A stretch of DNA of 64,000 bases. It comes from a virus. Its lineage: Duplodnaviria > Caudoviricetes. The stretch lies in IMG/VR virus record IMGVR_UViG_3300032007_000014; one strand, 5' to 3'. The notes below the pieces were generated by a model, which searched no databases, was not told the origin of the DNA, and saw only the letters and a program-made list of their open reading frames with translations. This document shows positions 18,188-27,844 of the stretch, one piece after another (position 1 is the first letter of the stretch; every line of letters begins with the position of its first letter). Both the position numbers and the translations under genes were made by a program.

Positions 18188-19567
18188 TTACAACAGGATG
18201 GATGCGAGATCAACATTGTTGACTTTCAGAACTGTACCATGCATGTTCTTCATAGCCAGGTTCATGAAGGTTGATGTGATCTTGACTGTTTGGATGCCGA
18301 TAAACTTTGCACCAAGTGCTTTCGCACGTTCACCACAACACTTGTAACAAAAGTCTCTCTTGGTTTCACAAGTGAGTGGCGAATACATGTGTTGAATCTG
18401 ATGATCGTACTGACCGATATTCTCCGGAGTGAGAACAACATCAACATCTCCAACACGCAGTGTTCTTCCAAGGAATTTCTTGATATCAATCTCATTGAAA
18501 TTGATTTCAATGGTTCTCTTGGTACCACAGTCATCGTTGGAGATAGCAAGGTCTTGGAACACTCGCATCACCAGCTTGGTTTCAGCACCACCTTTCGCAG
18601 TTTCCTTACCACGAGAATACGAACCTTTTCGAATCTCGTTACAGATTACAGGAAACGCTTCTTTCGTCCATCCTTCCATCAGTGAATTCGGGATGAAATC
18701 AAATTCACCTGCACTGTCAGAGAATGCATCGATACATCCAACCGTAAGGAAAAGTTTCTTACGATGGAGATCCCATGACTTACTCCCAAGTCCATTGAAG
18801 AACCTTGCAGATGGGTCATCTCCGATGTACTCTTTGTCCATTGCTTTGAGTTTGTCTTCCAGTTCTTTTGCAACCAAAGGATTGTTGAGTTCTCCTTTAT
18901 GTTGTTCGATGAACTCACGTTTCACCTTCTGGATATCAGGATGTGATGAAAGTGATTTCAAGGTAAGAGTTGGAACACAAAGTTCTGTCATGTGGTTGAT
19001 GAAGAATGCATTGTTCAATGCTTCTTCCAATTGCCACACTTCAATCTTCTTGTTGGTAGCCAAAGAAGAAAGAGTTCCCATGATGTCACTGTCTTTCAAG
19101 ACTTTGTTCATATATGGGAACTGATACATGGTTGGATAACCAAAGATGAGAGTATTCTCCAACAGTCTACCAACTGTTGTTAATTCAGGTTTCACCTGAA
19201 CATAAGGAACATTCCCAAAATACTGGCTATCCAGAGGACCAAAGTCAAAGGTATCCAATCGATGATACGGAGGAATCTTCAGATCATCATGGAAATGCTC
19301 AAAGACATAAGCAGTGTGATCTTCATTGTCTCCAGTCACCATAGCAAGACCATTCTTGATCTGAACGATATCACCAGGTGTAAACGTTCCTTTCACATCT
19401 GCTTTCAGCACATTGGCTGATGCACCAGGATCGATGCTGACGTCAAGTTGCTTATGAGTGTATTCACTGACAACTGTCATAGCTTCAAGAAGCCATGCTC
19501 TCTCAGTGAACTTCTTTCCAACAGCCGCAACCATAAGCAACCGTTTCTTGAAATTAGACAGTCTCAT
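18188..19567 (-). CDS. RNA polymerase beta-prime C-terminal fragment (phiKZ virion-RNAP-like)
   Basis: Bridge-helix-like RKGSYSRGKETAKGG, DDCGT, SPLTC...FCYKCCG zinc site, truncated trigger loop AMKNMHG. Confidence 0.85.
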   Translation of the reverse strand: MRLSNFKKRLLMVAAVGKKFTERAWLLEAMTVVSEYTHKQLDVSIDPGASANVLKADVKGTFTPGDIVQIKNGLAMVTGDNEDHTAYVFEHFHDDLKIPPYHRLDTFDFGPLDSQYFGNVPYVQVKPELTTVGRLLENTLIFGYPTMYQFPYMNKVLKDSDIMGTLSSLATNKKIEVWQLEEALNNAFFINHMTELCVPTLTLKSLSSHPDIQKVKREFIEQHKGELNNPLVAKELEDKLKAMDKEYIGDDPSARFFNGLGSKSWDLHRKKLFLTVGCIDAFSDSAGEFDFIPNSLMEGWTKEAFPVICNEIRKGSYSRGKETAKGGAETKLVMRVFQDLAISNDDCGTKRTIEINFNEIDIKKFLGRTLRVGDVDVVLTPENIGQYDHQIQHMYSPLTCETKRDFCYKCCGERAKALGAKFIGIQTVKITSTFMNLAMKNMHGTVLKVNNVDLASILL

Positions 19568-20654
19568 TGGTTACGGTCTCCTCTGCTGGTATCACCATGC
19601 GATCCAAACAAGTCTGGAACTTACCGTGAAGTTCACTTCCTTCTGGATACTCATCGATGAAGTCATTCAATGTCTTCAGGAATGCTTGTCTCAGTTGACC
19701 ATTCGTCATACCAATCTGATAATGTGATGCGACAATCAATGCAATCATAGCATCTGTCATGATGGCTTTCAACTTGGTACCATCTTCTCTCCGACTGAAA
19801 TAACGAATGTCATGTTTCCACACATATTTGTACTTGTCACGAAGTTTGTTGAACTTAGCAACTTTCTGATCATCAGTCAGTTCCGTATCATGAAAAATGC
19901 GTACGCACTGAATGAGATCATCACCTCGTAAGAGTTGCTTCTCGTAACTTTCCATGTAGTGACGAATCATGTATTGTTTCTGACTGTCAGATGTAATCAC
20001 AGCAGTGGATTGTGGATCCTTGACAGTAACAGGAAAACATGAACATGCCATCTTCTCAATGATGGCATTACGTTTTTCAACATACTGCAGATAAGCAACC
20101 ATCTCTTCAGTTGTCATAGTTGACTCGTAAGATGGATCACCATAACTGTCGATTTTGTCGAAAATGGATTGCATGAACTCAACGAATGTATCATCTGAAC
20201 CAATCACAACTCCTCTGTTTGCAAGGTATTCCCAACCTTCATCCAAAGGAAATGTTTCATTCATGGTGCTGATAACAGCAGTGATACAATCAGTTCCTGA
20301 ACTTGCTTCTTTCAACAGCTCTACGAGCTGTTCGTTGTTGTGAATCAGTTCGAACAATTTGTCATTGTCAAACTTTGAACACAGGAAGAAGATAGCTTGA
20401 TGCATGATAACATCATCCAACAAGTCATCAGTTTCTCGATTGAAGAAGATTCCAATTTCATTGAGATCATCCAAAAGAATACGCAATACTCGATTACGAA
20501 TCCATAATGGTGATAATGCTTCTTCATCAACTTCAACAAGATAGCGTTCTTCTGTCAGATAGTTCTTCACTTCTTCAGACAGTTCAGATGCTTTTGTGAT
20601 AACTTCTTGAGAATAGCGATCTTCTATGGTAAGTTCTTGTTGAACGATACTCAT
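19554..20654 (-). CDS. hypothetical acidic protein
   Basis: 366 aa, overlaps the RNAP subunit start. Confidence 0.8.
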   Translation of the reverse strand: MSIVQQELTIEDRYSQEVITKASELSEEVKNYLTEERYLVEVDEEALSPLWIRNRVLRILLDDLNEIGIFFNRETDDLLDDVIMHQAIFFLCSKFDNDKLFELIHNNEQLVELLKEASSGTDCITAVISTMNETFPLDEGWEYLANRGVVIGSDDTFVEFMQSIFDKIDSYGDPSYESTMTTEEMVAYLQYVEKRNAIIEKMACSCFPVTVKDPQSTAVITSDSQKQYMIRHYMESYEKQLLRGDDLIQCVRIFHDTELTDDQKVAKFNKLRDKYKYVWKHDIRYFSRREDGTKLKAIMTDAMIALIVASHYQIGMTNGQLRQAFLKTLNDFIDEYPEGSELHGKFQTCLDRMVIPAEETVTNETV

Positions 20655-20989
20655 ATCAAAGACCTCTTGTGTAAAAAATAATTGAATCTAGGCTTATACA
20701 AAGTATGGTCTTTACGTGTGAAATCCTAGGTATTTCCTAACACATTACATATTTTACCCAACACATGTTGAGTCCAATTAACCTCAGAATATCATTGTTG
20801 ACTTAGTTTTGACTTATTGCTTTTATACTTATACTCTTTCTAAAAACCACCTTTTGAATATGGCTTAAAACCTAGAGTATGATAATTATTATCCCTGTTT
20901 TTCTTGGTATTTTGAGATGTGATATTTTCCGAATTAGTTCACATTTTCAGTTACAACCATTTTCAACTCATTCAATCCATCATTTCGAT

Positions 20990-21033
20990 CAAGAGAAGAA
21001 GATACTCTCTTAAGAGAGTATCTTCTTCTCTTG
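20990..21033. repeat. perfect 44-bp palindrome
   Basis: CAAGAGAAGAAGATACTCTCTT|AAGAGAGTATCTTCTTCTCTTG with no spacer. Confidence 0.95.
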
Positions 21034-21081
21034 CACCCCTATGGGGGAATAGGGGGTAAATCAGTACTTAAGAAAAAAGAA

Positions 21082-21200
21082 AATGTTATTTTTGTTATTT
21101 TGTTAAGAATAGATTTTGTTTAATATTCTTTTTTGTTAAGAAATGATTTTGTAATAATGTTTATTTGTTAAGAAATATAAAGTGTTTTGTTATAACAAAC
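21082..21200 (+). repeat. AT-rich periodic direct repeats (iteron-like)
   Basis: TTTGT at 21099, 21115, 21132, 21148, 21164; TTTGTTAAGAA at 21099, 21132, 21164. Confidence 0.75.
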
Positions 21201-21329
21201 GTTAAGTTTTATTATATATATTAAAAGTACCTTAGATTCTTAGGAAGGATTGTTAAGGAACCTTTCTTAAAATTTCGATGAGTGTGAAATTTTACATTCG
21301 AAGCAATCTTATGTGATTGCAATATCTTC

Positions 21330-21405
21330 GCCGAGTTAGCTGAGTCCGGTTTAGCAAATCCCTTGTAAGGATTAGACGTGGGTTCGAATCCCGCACTCGG
21401 CTCCA
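21330..21405 (+). tRNA. tRNA-Thr(UGU)
   Basis: Cloverleaf GCCGAGT/ACTCGGC, anticodon arm AATCC-CTTGTAA-GGATT, TTCGAAT T-loop, CCA. Confidence 0.93.
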
Positions 21406-21784
21406 ATTTTGAAATGAACGAACCATTGTTGTAAAAATTTACAACATGACTCGATCATATGTCTCAATGACAATTGATTCTTTCACACAACGTGACAGTG
21501 AGCACATTGAACCACGCATGGAACAATTCTACCAAATATGGGTTAGCGATAGGTGATCTTCCAATTGCTTTAACTATCGTTAACTTGTTGATGGAATATC
21601 AAATTCATTCGTTGCACTAACTCACAAGTGTGAAGCTTTTGAAATTGGGATCATACGTTGATGTTTGGTCTGATTGACAATCGATGACAGTGTTAGTTTG
21701 CTCCTTACATTGTCGGTTGCCAATTGGACCAGATGTCTTCCTTTTCTTTCGCTTTCAACCATCCAATAGGGAGATGACACTCAT

Positions 21785-22237
21785 ATGTCAATGCCAACTG
21801 TTCTACTGACAACGGATGGATCATTCAAAGCATCCGTGCAAGCTGGTGGATATGCTGGCGTGCTCCAAATGGGTGATCATTTTCTAGCAACGATAGGTAA
21901 CGACAGTCCAACAACCATCAACCGTATGGAATTATCTGCAGTGATTGCAAGCTTGAATCAGCTTACAGTTCCTTGTAGAGTCCATATTGTGAGTGATAGC
22001 CAGTATGTGGTTAAAGGTATCAACAGTTGGTTGACTGGTTGGGTAGCCAATGCTTGGATCACATCCACAAGACAACCTGTAGGGAATCAAGACCTTTGGG
22101 AACAAATGTGGAATCTCATGCAAGTGCATGTGATCACAGCTGAATGGGTGAAAGGTCATAGAGGTCATGCGACGAATGAGTTGTGTGATCAATTGGCTGG
22201 ATGGGCTGCGTTCTCGCAAGAGGATTACAACTTTTAA
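21785..22237 (+). CDS. rnhA: ribonuclease HI
   Basis: TDGS, TINRMEL, SDSQYV, NQDLW, WVKGH, NELCDQLA motifs. Confidence 0.93.
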   Translation: MSMPTVLLTTDGSFKASVQAGGYAGVLQMGDHFLATIGNDSPTTINRMELSAVIASLNQLTVPCRVHIVSDSQYVVKGINSWLTGWVANAWITSTRQPVGNQDLWEQMWNLMQVHVITAEWVKGHRGHATNELCDQLAGWAAFSQEDYNF

Positions 22238-22252
22238 AACAGAGGGTCTCAA

Positions 22253-22351
22253 ATGACGAAAGATCAAAAGAAAGCATGGACCATGCTTATTGTTGGAGCG
22301 ATCGTTGGATCAGCTCTTACGATCTTCTGCCAGATCATGGGCTGGCTGTGA
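22253..22351 (+). CDS. 32-aa single-TM peptide
   Basis: MTKDQKKAWTMLIVGAIVGSALTIFCQIMGWL; GAGG RBS. Confidence 0.55.
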   Translation: MTKDQKKAWTMLIVGAIVGSALTIFCQIMGWL

Positions 22352-22363
22352 GATGAATAACTT

Positions 22364-22451
22364 GGAGAGATGGTCGAGTGGTTTAAGGCAGCGGTCTTGA
22401 AAACCGCAGACGGGAAACTGTCCGCGAGTCCGAATCTCGCTCTCTCCGCCA
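22364..22451 (+). tRNA. tRNA-Ser(UGA)
   Basis: GGAGAGA/TCTCTCC acceptor, GCGGT-CTTGAAA-ACCGC, long variable arm, GCCA end; T-loop TCCGAAT. Confidence 0.92.
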
Positions 22452-22457
22452 TTTCTA

Positions 22458-22534
22458 GGCCTCGTAGCACAATTGGTTAATGCCCCACCCTGTCACGGTG
22501 GTTATTGCCCGTTCAAATCGGGTCGAGGTCGCCA
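22458..22534 (+). tRNA. tRNA-Asp(GUC)
   Basis: CCACC-CTGTCAC-GGTGG anticodon arm, TTCAAAT T-loop, GCCA end. Confidence 0.92.
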
Positions 22535-22537
22535 TAT

Positions 22538-22612
22538 TCCAGCATAGCTCAGCGGTAGAGTAGGTGGCTGTTAACCACTTGGTCGCTGGTCCGAATCCAG
22601 CTGCTGGAGCCA
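22538..22612 (+). tRNA. tRNA-Asn(GUU)
   Basis: TCCAGCA/TGCTGGA acceptor, CTGTTAA anticodon loop, GCCA end; T-loop TCCGAAT. Confidence 0.92.
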
Positions 22613-22622
22613 TACATTTCAT

Positions 22623-22696
22623 GGGGTCTTAGCTCAGTTGGCTAGAGCACCTGCTTTGCAAGCAGGATGTCACGAGTTCGAATCTCGTAGGCTCCA
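22623..22696 (+). tRNA. tRNA-Ala(UGC), CCA not encoded
   Basis: G3:U70 pair, CCTGC-TTTGCAA-GCAGG anticodon arm, TTCGAAT T-loop. Confidence 0.92.
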
Positions 22697-22820
22697 AATT
22701 CAGTGTACACCACGAATCCGGTGGAACTCCGTACATCACCGCTATCTCCATCAGTAGCGTGTTCCCACCTTTCAAAGATTCCGTTATAGTCGGATGATGG
22801 TTTTCAAAAAAAAGAACAAG

Positions 22821-22850
22821 GGGAACAGGTCCTTTGCAGGACCTGTTCCC
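22821..22850. terminator. bidirectional terminator
   Basis: GGGAACAGGTCCT-TTGC-AGGACCTGTTCCC flanked by A- and T-rich runs. Confidence 0.85.
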
Positions 22851-22877
22851 TTATGTTCTTTATTGACGTTTGGTGGA

Positions 22878-23855
22878 TCAGTTGATACCACCGACGAAAG
22901 TACCTGGTATGCAGTTACCCCATCCAGCATTGCTGAAGAACGATCTCGTTCCGACGCACTGTGACACATCGGCGATGAACATCCAACGATTAGGTACATT
23001 GCGAGATGCAAGGAACGAAGGTTCTTCATCATCGTTGGTGACTTTGACCAAGATGCGATAGAACTGTCCTTCGTTCATTTTGATGATGGAGAAGGTATAG
23101 TCGTCAAACACGACCACATGTTCCACTGGAGTGGATCCAGTGAGATGAAAATTGCTCCCGGATGCCTGATCCCCGATGACGAAACGTTTGACATCGAGGT
23201 AGTTTGGGAACGGACATCCGATAAGCATCTGAAGATACTGATCCGGAGTGTGGGCGTTGATATCCGCGAGGACTTTCTTTTCAGATTCCGGTTCTTGTTC
23301 GAGTTTGGTCTCGATGTGGATGTCCGGAATGGTTGCTTTGCCGACCACCTCAGGAACATCGGATTCTTCCTGAACAACAGGCTGCTGTTCTTCATGAACT
23401 GGAGTTTCGTCTTTCACTTCGACTTCGGGTTTGACTTCCGTTTCATTGTTGGTTTCCATGAGTTCCTCCTGTATGGATTCTTGGGTTGTTTCTTCTGGTT
23501 GTTCGCTCTTGATGATCACACCATTTGCAGGATGTGGTCCGTTCTCAGGAACTTCGATGATTTCGATTTCAGCGAGTTCCTTGCTGTTCTCTGTGTACGT
23601 ACACAGATGACGAAAACGTTTTCTGTACTCCGCATCAACGATGAGTTTACCATCAACACGACTTACGATGTAGTGAATTCCATCGTACTCCGTGAAGTAG
23701 TTCTTCCCGTTGAAAGGTTCGTCGAGTTCTTTTTCATCGAACTCGTACTCTCTGCGGAGCGCATATAACGCATCTTTGCTGTTACAGGTCATTGCATCCA
23801 TCAGTAGATCCACGAGCACTGCTGATGGTGCAGTTTGGAACTGTTCTAAGTTCAT
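22878..23855 (-). CDS. hypothetical protein with acidic linker
   Basis: 325 aa, AGGAGG RBS. Confidence 0.8.
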   Translation of the reverse strand: MNLEQFQTAPSAVLVDLLMDAMTCNSKDALYALRREYEFDEKELDEPFNGKNYFTEYDGIHYIVSRVDGKLIVDAEYRKRFRHLCTYTENSKELAEIEIIEVPENGPHPANGVIIKSEQPEETTQESIQEELMETNNETEVKPEVEVKDETPVHEEQQPVVQEESDVPEVVGKATIPDIHIETKLEQEPESEKKVLADINAHTPDQYLQMLIGCPFPNYLDVKRFVIGDQASGSNFHLTGSTPVEHVVVFDDYTFSIIKMNEGQFYRILVKVTNDDEEPSFLASRNVPNRWMFIADVSQCVGTRSFFSNAGWGNCIPGTFVGGIN

Positions 23856-23927
23856 GTTACCTCCTGTTGTAATGGGTTAAGATAAACAACTGTGTGTGGT
23901 ATTATCCACACACAGTTGTCTACCAAG

Positions 23928-26009
23928 TTAAAATCGATACATTTCACCAAGCAATAACTCATCCTTACTGAACGGTATGGAGATACCGATCTGTGATAAG
24001 ATAAGGTATGCTGGTTTGATGTTGTGGTAGATGATGGCCCGTGTGTCAATGATCGGAACAAGTTCTTGAGGAACTCTTCCAGTCACTGGGTTGATCGCGA
24101 CATATGTGGAAAGTCTTCCATATCTTTCAATGAACTTAAGCATCCTGTTACAGATACCTTTGTTCTTTGAACCTAACCACTCGATATATTGAGGAGTTGG
24201 TTTGAAGATTGGAACAACTGGTGCTTTGGTTGGAAGCATCAGAGTACCGTACTTGTCAGCAAATATCTCTTCCCACGCCATGTAGTAGAAGTAATTGCTT
24301 GACGTTGGTACAGCATAGTAGTTCTTTGTTCTGATTGACAAGGATTTATACCATTCGGTACTTCCATCCTTAATCTCATCTTCCATCTTCTTCTCAAATG
24401 CAACAACTTCTTTGATCAAGTCAATAGCTGAGAATTTCCCTTCCATTGATTTCATCAGGATCTTATTGATGATGAAGTTCTCTGCGAATTTGGTTGCAGA
24501 TTTACAGATGTCAGAACCTTTGAACTGGACTCCTTTTATGTCTGGATCTGGTTTTGGGAGAACAACTCCTTCCTGAATTGTAACCACACCTGCATAATGT
24601 TTCTTGATATCTGCAAGAATCATGGTTGGGTACAGGAATTCATTCTTCATCGCCATGGTTGTCTCATATTCACCTCTCGCTCCATGTGCTCTGGAATACA
24701 GGAGTAATGAATGAGCTACTGCTTTGGTCAACCAATAGATTGCACAACTTGAAATCTGATATGTTGCATCAGAGATCTTGTATACATCATGGGTGTACCA
24801 GTCAATCCAATCTTTTACAGTGAAGATCACTGAATCTGTATCGGATATGACAGCAGTGTTTCGTTTCATGAACTTTCTGGTATCCACACACGGAGTGCAG
24901 AGTTTGGTGAAGATGAAACAATTGAAGATGTCTTGAATCTTCTTGAATTGATCAACGACGTGATTCGCGATTGTCACGAATTTCCTGGCGATATCAGGCG
25001 CTTTGTCAGGAAGATCGTAGACCTGCCAACTTGGATCAGGTGGTCTCAACACACTTGCAAATGATACATTCACAAGGTTGACGATATCACCTTCCAGTTT
25101 GAACAGATCTTGAGGATTGTCATTTGCGTCCATCTGAATCTTGGTTAGATCAAATGTGTCATTCGTCCATTTCCTGAAATACTCATCATTACCCCACATG
25201 ATGTGACGAAGGTTCTGAAAGTAATAGAAGAATTGAACTTCTTCAGGAGACAGACTGTCAACCAATTTCCGAACAAGATGTAGTTCAGCCTTCTTCTTGT
25301 ACAGTCTTACCTCTTTGAGATAGAACTGCATAAGAGTTTCTTTGTCGACAGTCTTCAGTCCGTGATTGATGATGACACGTTTGACTTCATCTTTGTCGAT
25401 GATGCCAGGAGTAAGGTGAATGGTGATATGATTGATCAGATCCTCTTCACTGAACCATGCAAAGTTTCCTCCAAGCACAGCTTCTGCTGTCGAATACGCA
25501 TATCCAATCAATGCTCTCGCGTTGGAAGTGATTGCGTTATACAGATCCTTTGCATAATTCAGATTATACGGAGATCCATAAGATCCTGGAAGAGAGTTGA
25601 TGTTGATCTTGATCAGAGTCTGTCCATAATAGCACTGAAGTGCCATATTCTCATCACCAACAGCTTTTGCTTTCAGCATGTTCTTCTTCAGAACTTTACG
25701 CTGAGCAAGCTTTTCTTTCACCATCTGTGCGGTGATACCAAGTTTGGTTTCATGTTGTTTGAACACACAACCATTTGCAGATATCACTTTATCAGCTTGT
25801 GATTCGAAGAATGTTGCAAGATCAGTGCCGACTATCTTTGGTTCCCCATAGAGCTGAGTGTCCAAAAGAACAGCAGTCTTTGGTTGATATCTCGCAACCA
25901 TGATCTCTCTCACGAGCTGTTCTGCTTGTGCATAAGGAATGTTGTTCACTCGACTTATGTAAGTCGCCATGTTTTCCTTATATGTTTTCAAAAGAGGTGG
26001 TCTACTCAT
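23928..26009 (-). CDS. family B DNA polymerase, polymerase domain (phiKZ-type split PolB)
   Basis: K.NINSLPG (motif B), SDTDS (motif C), KKHYA, IKGV; no evident exonuclease motifs; early promoter at 26087. Confidence 0.85.
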   Translation of the reverse strand: MSRPPLLKTYKENMATYISRVNNIPYAQAEQLVREIMVARYQPKTAVLLDTQLYGEPKIVGTDLATFFESQADKVISANGCVFKQHETKLGITAQMVKEKLAQRKVLKKNMLKAKAVGDENMALQCYYGQTLIKININSLPGSYGSPYNLNYAKDLYNAITSNARALIGYAYSTAEAVLGGNFAWFSEEDLINHITIHLTPGIIDKDEVKRVIINHGLKTVDKETLMQFYLKEVRLYKKKAELHLVRKLVDSLSPEEVQFFYYFQNLRHIMWGNDEYFRKWTNDTFDLTKIQMDANDNPQDLFKLEGDIVNLVNVSFASVLRPPDPSWQVYDLPDKAPDIARKFVTIANHVVDQFKKIQDIFNCFIFTKLCTPCVDTRKFMKRNTAVISDTDSVIFTVKDWIDWYTHDVYKISDATYQISSCAIYWLTKAVAHSLLLYSRAHGARGEYETTMAMKNEFLYPTMILADIKKHYAGVVTIQEGVVLPKPDPDIKGVQFKGSDICKSATKFAENFIINKILMKSMEGKFSAIDLIKEVVAFEKKMEDEIKDGSTEWYKSLSIRTKNYYAVPTSSNYFYYMAWEEIFADKYGTLMLPTKAPVVPIFKPTPQYIEWLGSKNKGICNRMLKFIERYGRLSTYVAINPVTGRVPQELVPIIDTRAIIYHNIKPAYLILSQIGISIPFSKDELLLGEMYRF

Positions 26010-26086
26010 TGGAATTTCCTTATATGTTGTGATGTGACACATAAAGTGTCACACTGTTTTACTTTAGTAAATGCTTTCACATATTT

Positions 26087-26095
26087 GTAATATAT
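26087..26095 (-). promoter_or_regulatory. early promoter core ATATATTAC upstream of the DNA polymerase
   Basis: Exact motif copy. Confidence 0.75.
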
Positions 26096-26197
26096 GCATA
26101 ATTTAAACATGAGGAAAAACCTTTAAAGACTATCCTATGGTTGCACCCACGTTTGTATATTTCTACAAAAATCGAATTCAACTCAAGGAGAAGACCA

Positions 26198-26806
26198 ATG
26201 TTTCTGAAGGTTCGTAATAACCTTGGTGCTGAAGGCGTTACTCCCGGCGAAGGTATTCCTGCGCCTGAAGATATTGCAGGTCCCGTTGCTGAACAACCAG
26301 CTGCTATCAGTCCAGCTGCTCAGTCGTTCATCGCACGGCATGCTGCAATGACAGTCCTCGTCTCGTATGCAAAGTACCTGATGAAAACAGGTCGTGTGGA
26401 CGGGAAAGATGCAGTTGCTTCCGAAATCGGGAAGATTGCTTCAGCTGCCATGGATGCAGGCTACTGCACCGCAGATTGCTTGGAAAGACTTCTCGACAAG
26501 ATCAAATATTGTCGAGTGGATTCTCCGTCGGAACTTGGAAACAAGATCCGTTGCAAGATGCGTGAACACATTCTCGAAAACCTGCTTTGCAATGTCTCTT
26601 ATGACAAAGCAATCCTTGAAACACTGACCGATGAAGAACGTGAAGTGATCTCTGCTGGAATCGAAGCATGGGATAACTACATGAAGTGTCAGTGGAAGGT
26701 TGTCGAAAAATTCCAGCCGGCGATCGAAGAAGCCATTTGCAAGTTCATCGATACGTTCAAAGACAAATTCGATGAAGGCTTCGTTCAGATCATCTGTAAA
26801 AAATAA
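26198..26806 (+). CDS. hypothetical protein (probably late/virion)
   Basis: Start revised to MFLKVRN with AAGGAG RBS; late-type motif ACTATCCTATG at 26129. Confidence 0.8.
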   Translation: MFLKVRNNLGAEGVTPGEGIPAPEDIAGPVAEQPAAISPAAQSFIARHAAMTVLVSYAKYLMKTGRVDGKDAVASEIGKIASAAMDAGYCTADCLERLLDKIKYCRVDSPSELGNKIRCKMREHILENLLCNVSYDKAILETLTDEEREVISAGIEAWDNYMKCQWKVVEKFQPAIEEAICKFIDTFKDKFDEGFVQIICKK

Positions 26807-26837
26807 CATCTCATCAACTTCATATGTGAGCCCCAAA

Positions 26838-27044
26838 ATGGAAACAAAACCCGAGATTGCCAACCGTAATGTCAGCGGAATGAGCAAGATCGATGCCAAT
26901 TTGGATGCCGCGATGAGGATGACTGGAGAGATCGCTTCGACTCTCGTGAAGCTCGTGTGTCCGCAAGGACAACGACTTGGTAAGACACCAAGACCGAGAG
27001 TCTCGGTCATTCCTTCATACGACCACGTGTTACAAATGAAGTAA
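26838..27044 (+). CDS. small hypothetical protein
   Basis: 68-aa ORF filling the operon gap; weak RBS. Confidence 0.4.
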   Translation: METKPEIANRNVSGMSKIDANLDAAMRMTGEIASTLVKLVCPQGQRLGKTPRPRVSVIPSYDHVLQMK

Positions 27045-27064
27045 ATGACTGAGGTTAACCAACT

Positions 27065-27844
27065 ATGCCTATAAAACTCAAAAGTCCTGAAGATGCGGTG
27101 AAGTTGTTCTTCTCTTCATTGTTCGCACGCAAGATGCCGTATTTGATACTCGGCAATGTCGAGCGAATCAATACTTGGTATATGACGAACATATCTCTTG
27201 ATGAGATAACGATCTATTCACCGAATGTGGATCAAGCGATTCACGAGATCGTGTTTGTTGACACTGAACCACTCACTATGATCACATCGAGATTTCCAGT
27301 TCTCACGAAAATGTGTGGATGTATCAATGTGGCTGATGTGTGTGGATCAATCAACAAGTACAAAGGTCATGAACCACTTCGTATGGAGGTGGATGAATCG
27401 ACCAAAACAGTCGTCATGACTGGAGAAGATTTTAGATGGACAGTTGGTGTTCTCTCCAGCCCAGAGATAGTAAGTTCTTATACTTACATTTTCGACAGGC
27501 ACGTTGATAGAGGCAAACCATCCGAGTCGCCAAGAGAACTCAAATTTCCAGTTGATTTGACATCGATCGATAAGAATGCGATCACAAAGGTTCGAGTGAA
27601 TTCTGATTTTTGTGATTCACTCAAAGCCATCTGGAGTGTAAACATTCCGTTGAAAGATGGATTCAACATGGTTTCGATTTATGAATATTGGAGAAAAGCG
27701 AAGCAGGAGAATGCACGTATGGATGTATGTGTTTGCCAGAATACTGGCAAGACAATCTGTACGTTGTGTCGTTATGTGGACGACTGGATAAAGGTCATCT
27801 CCATACAACCTGCTGCACTTTGGTTTCCAATGAAACATGAATGA
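27065..27844 (+). CDS. hypothetical protein
   Basis: 259 aa, GAGG RBS; terminator-like repeat at 27885-27916. Confidence 0.8.
   Translation: MPIKLKSPEDAVKLFFSSLFARKMPYLILGNVERINTWYMTNISLDEITIYSPNVDQAIHEIVFVDTEPLTMITSRFPVLTKMCGCINVADVCGSINKYKGHEPLRMEVDESTKTVVMTGEDFRWTVGVLSSPEIVSSYTYIFDRHVDRGKPSESPRELKFPVDLTSIDKNAITKVRVNSDFCDSLKAIWSVNIPLKDGFNMVSIYEYWRKAKQENARMDVCVCQNTGKTICTLCRYVDDWIKVISIQPAALWFPMKHE

Noticed and set aside
21082-21200. CRISPR array
   Set aside because: Repeats are 5-11 bp with ~16-bp period, no spacer-length unique sequences, no cas genes
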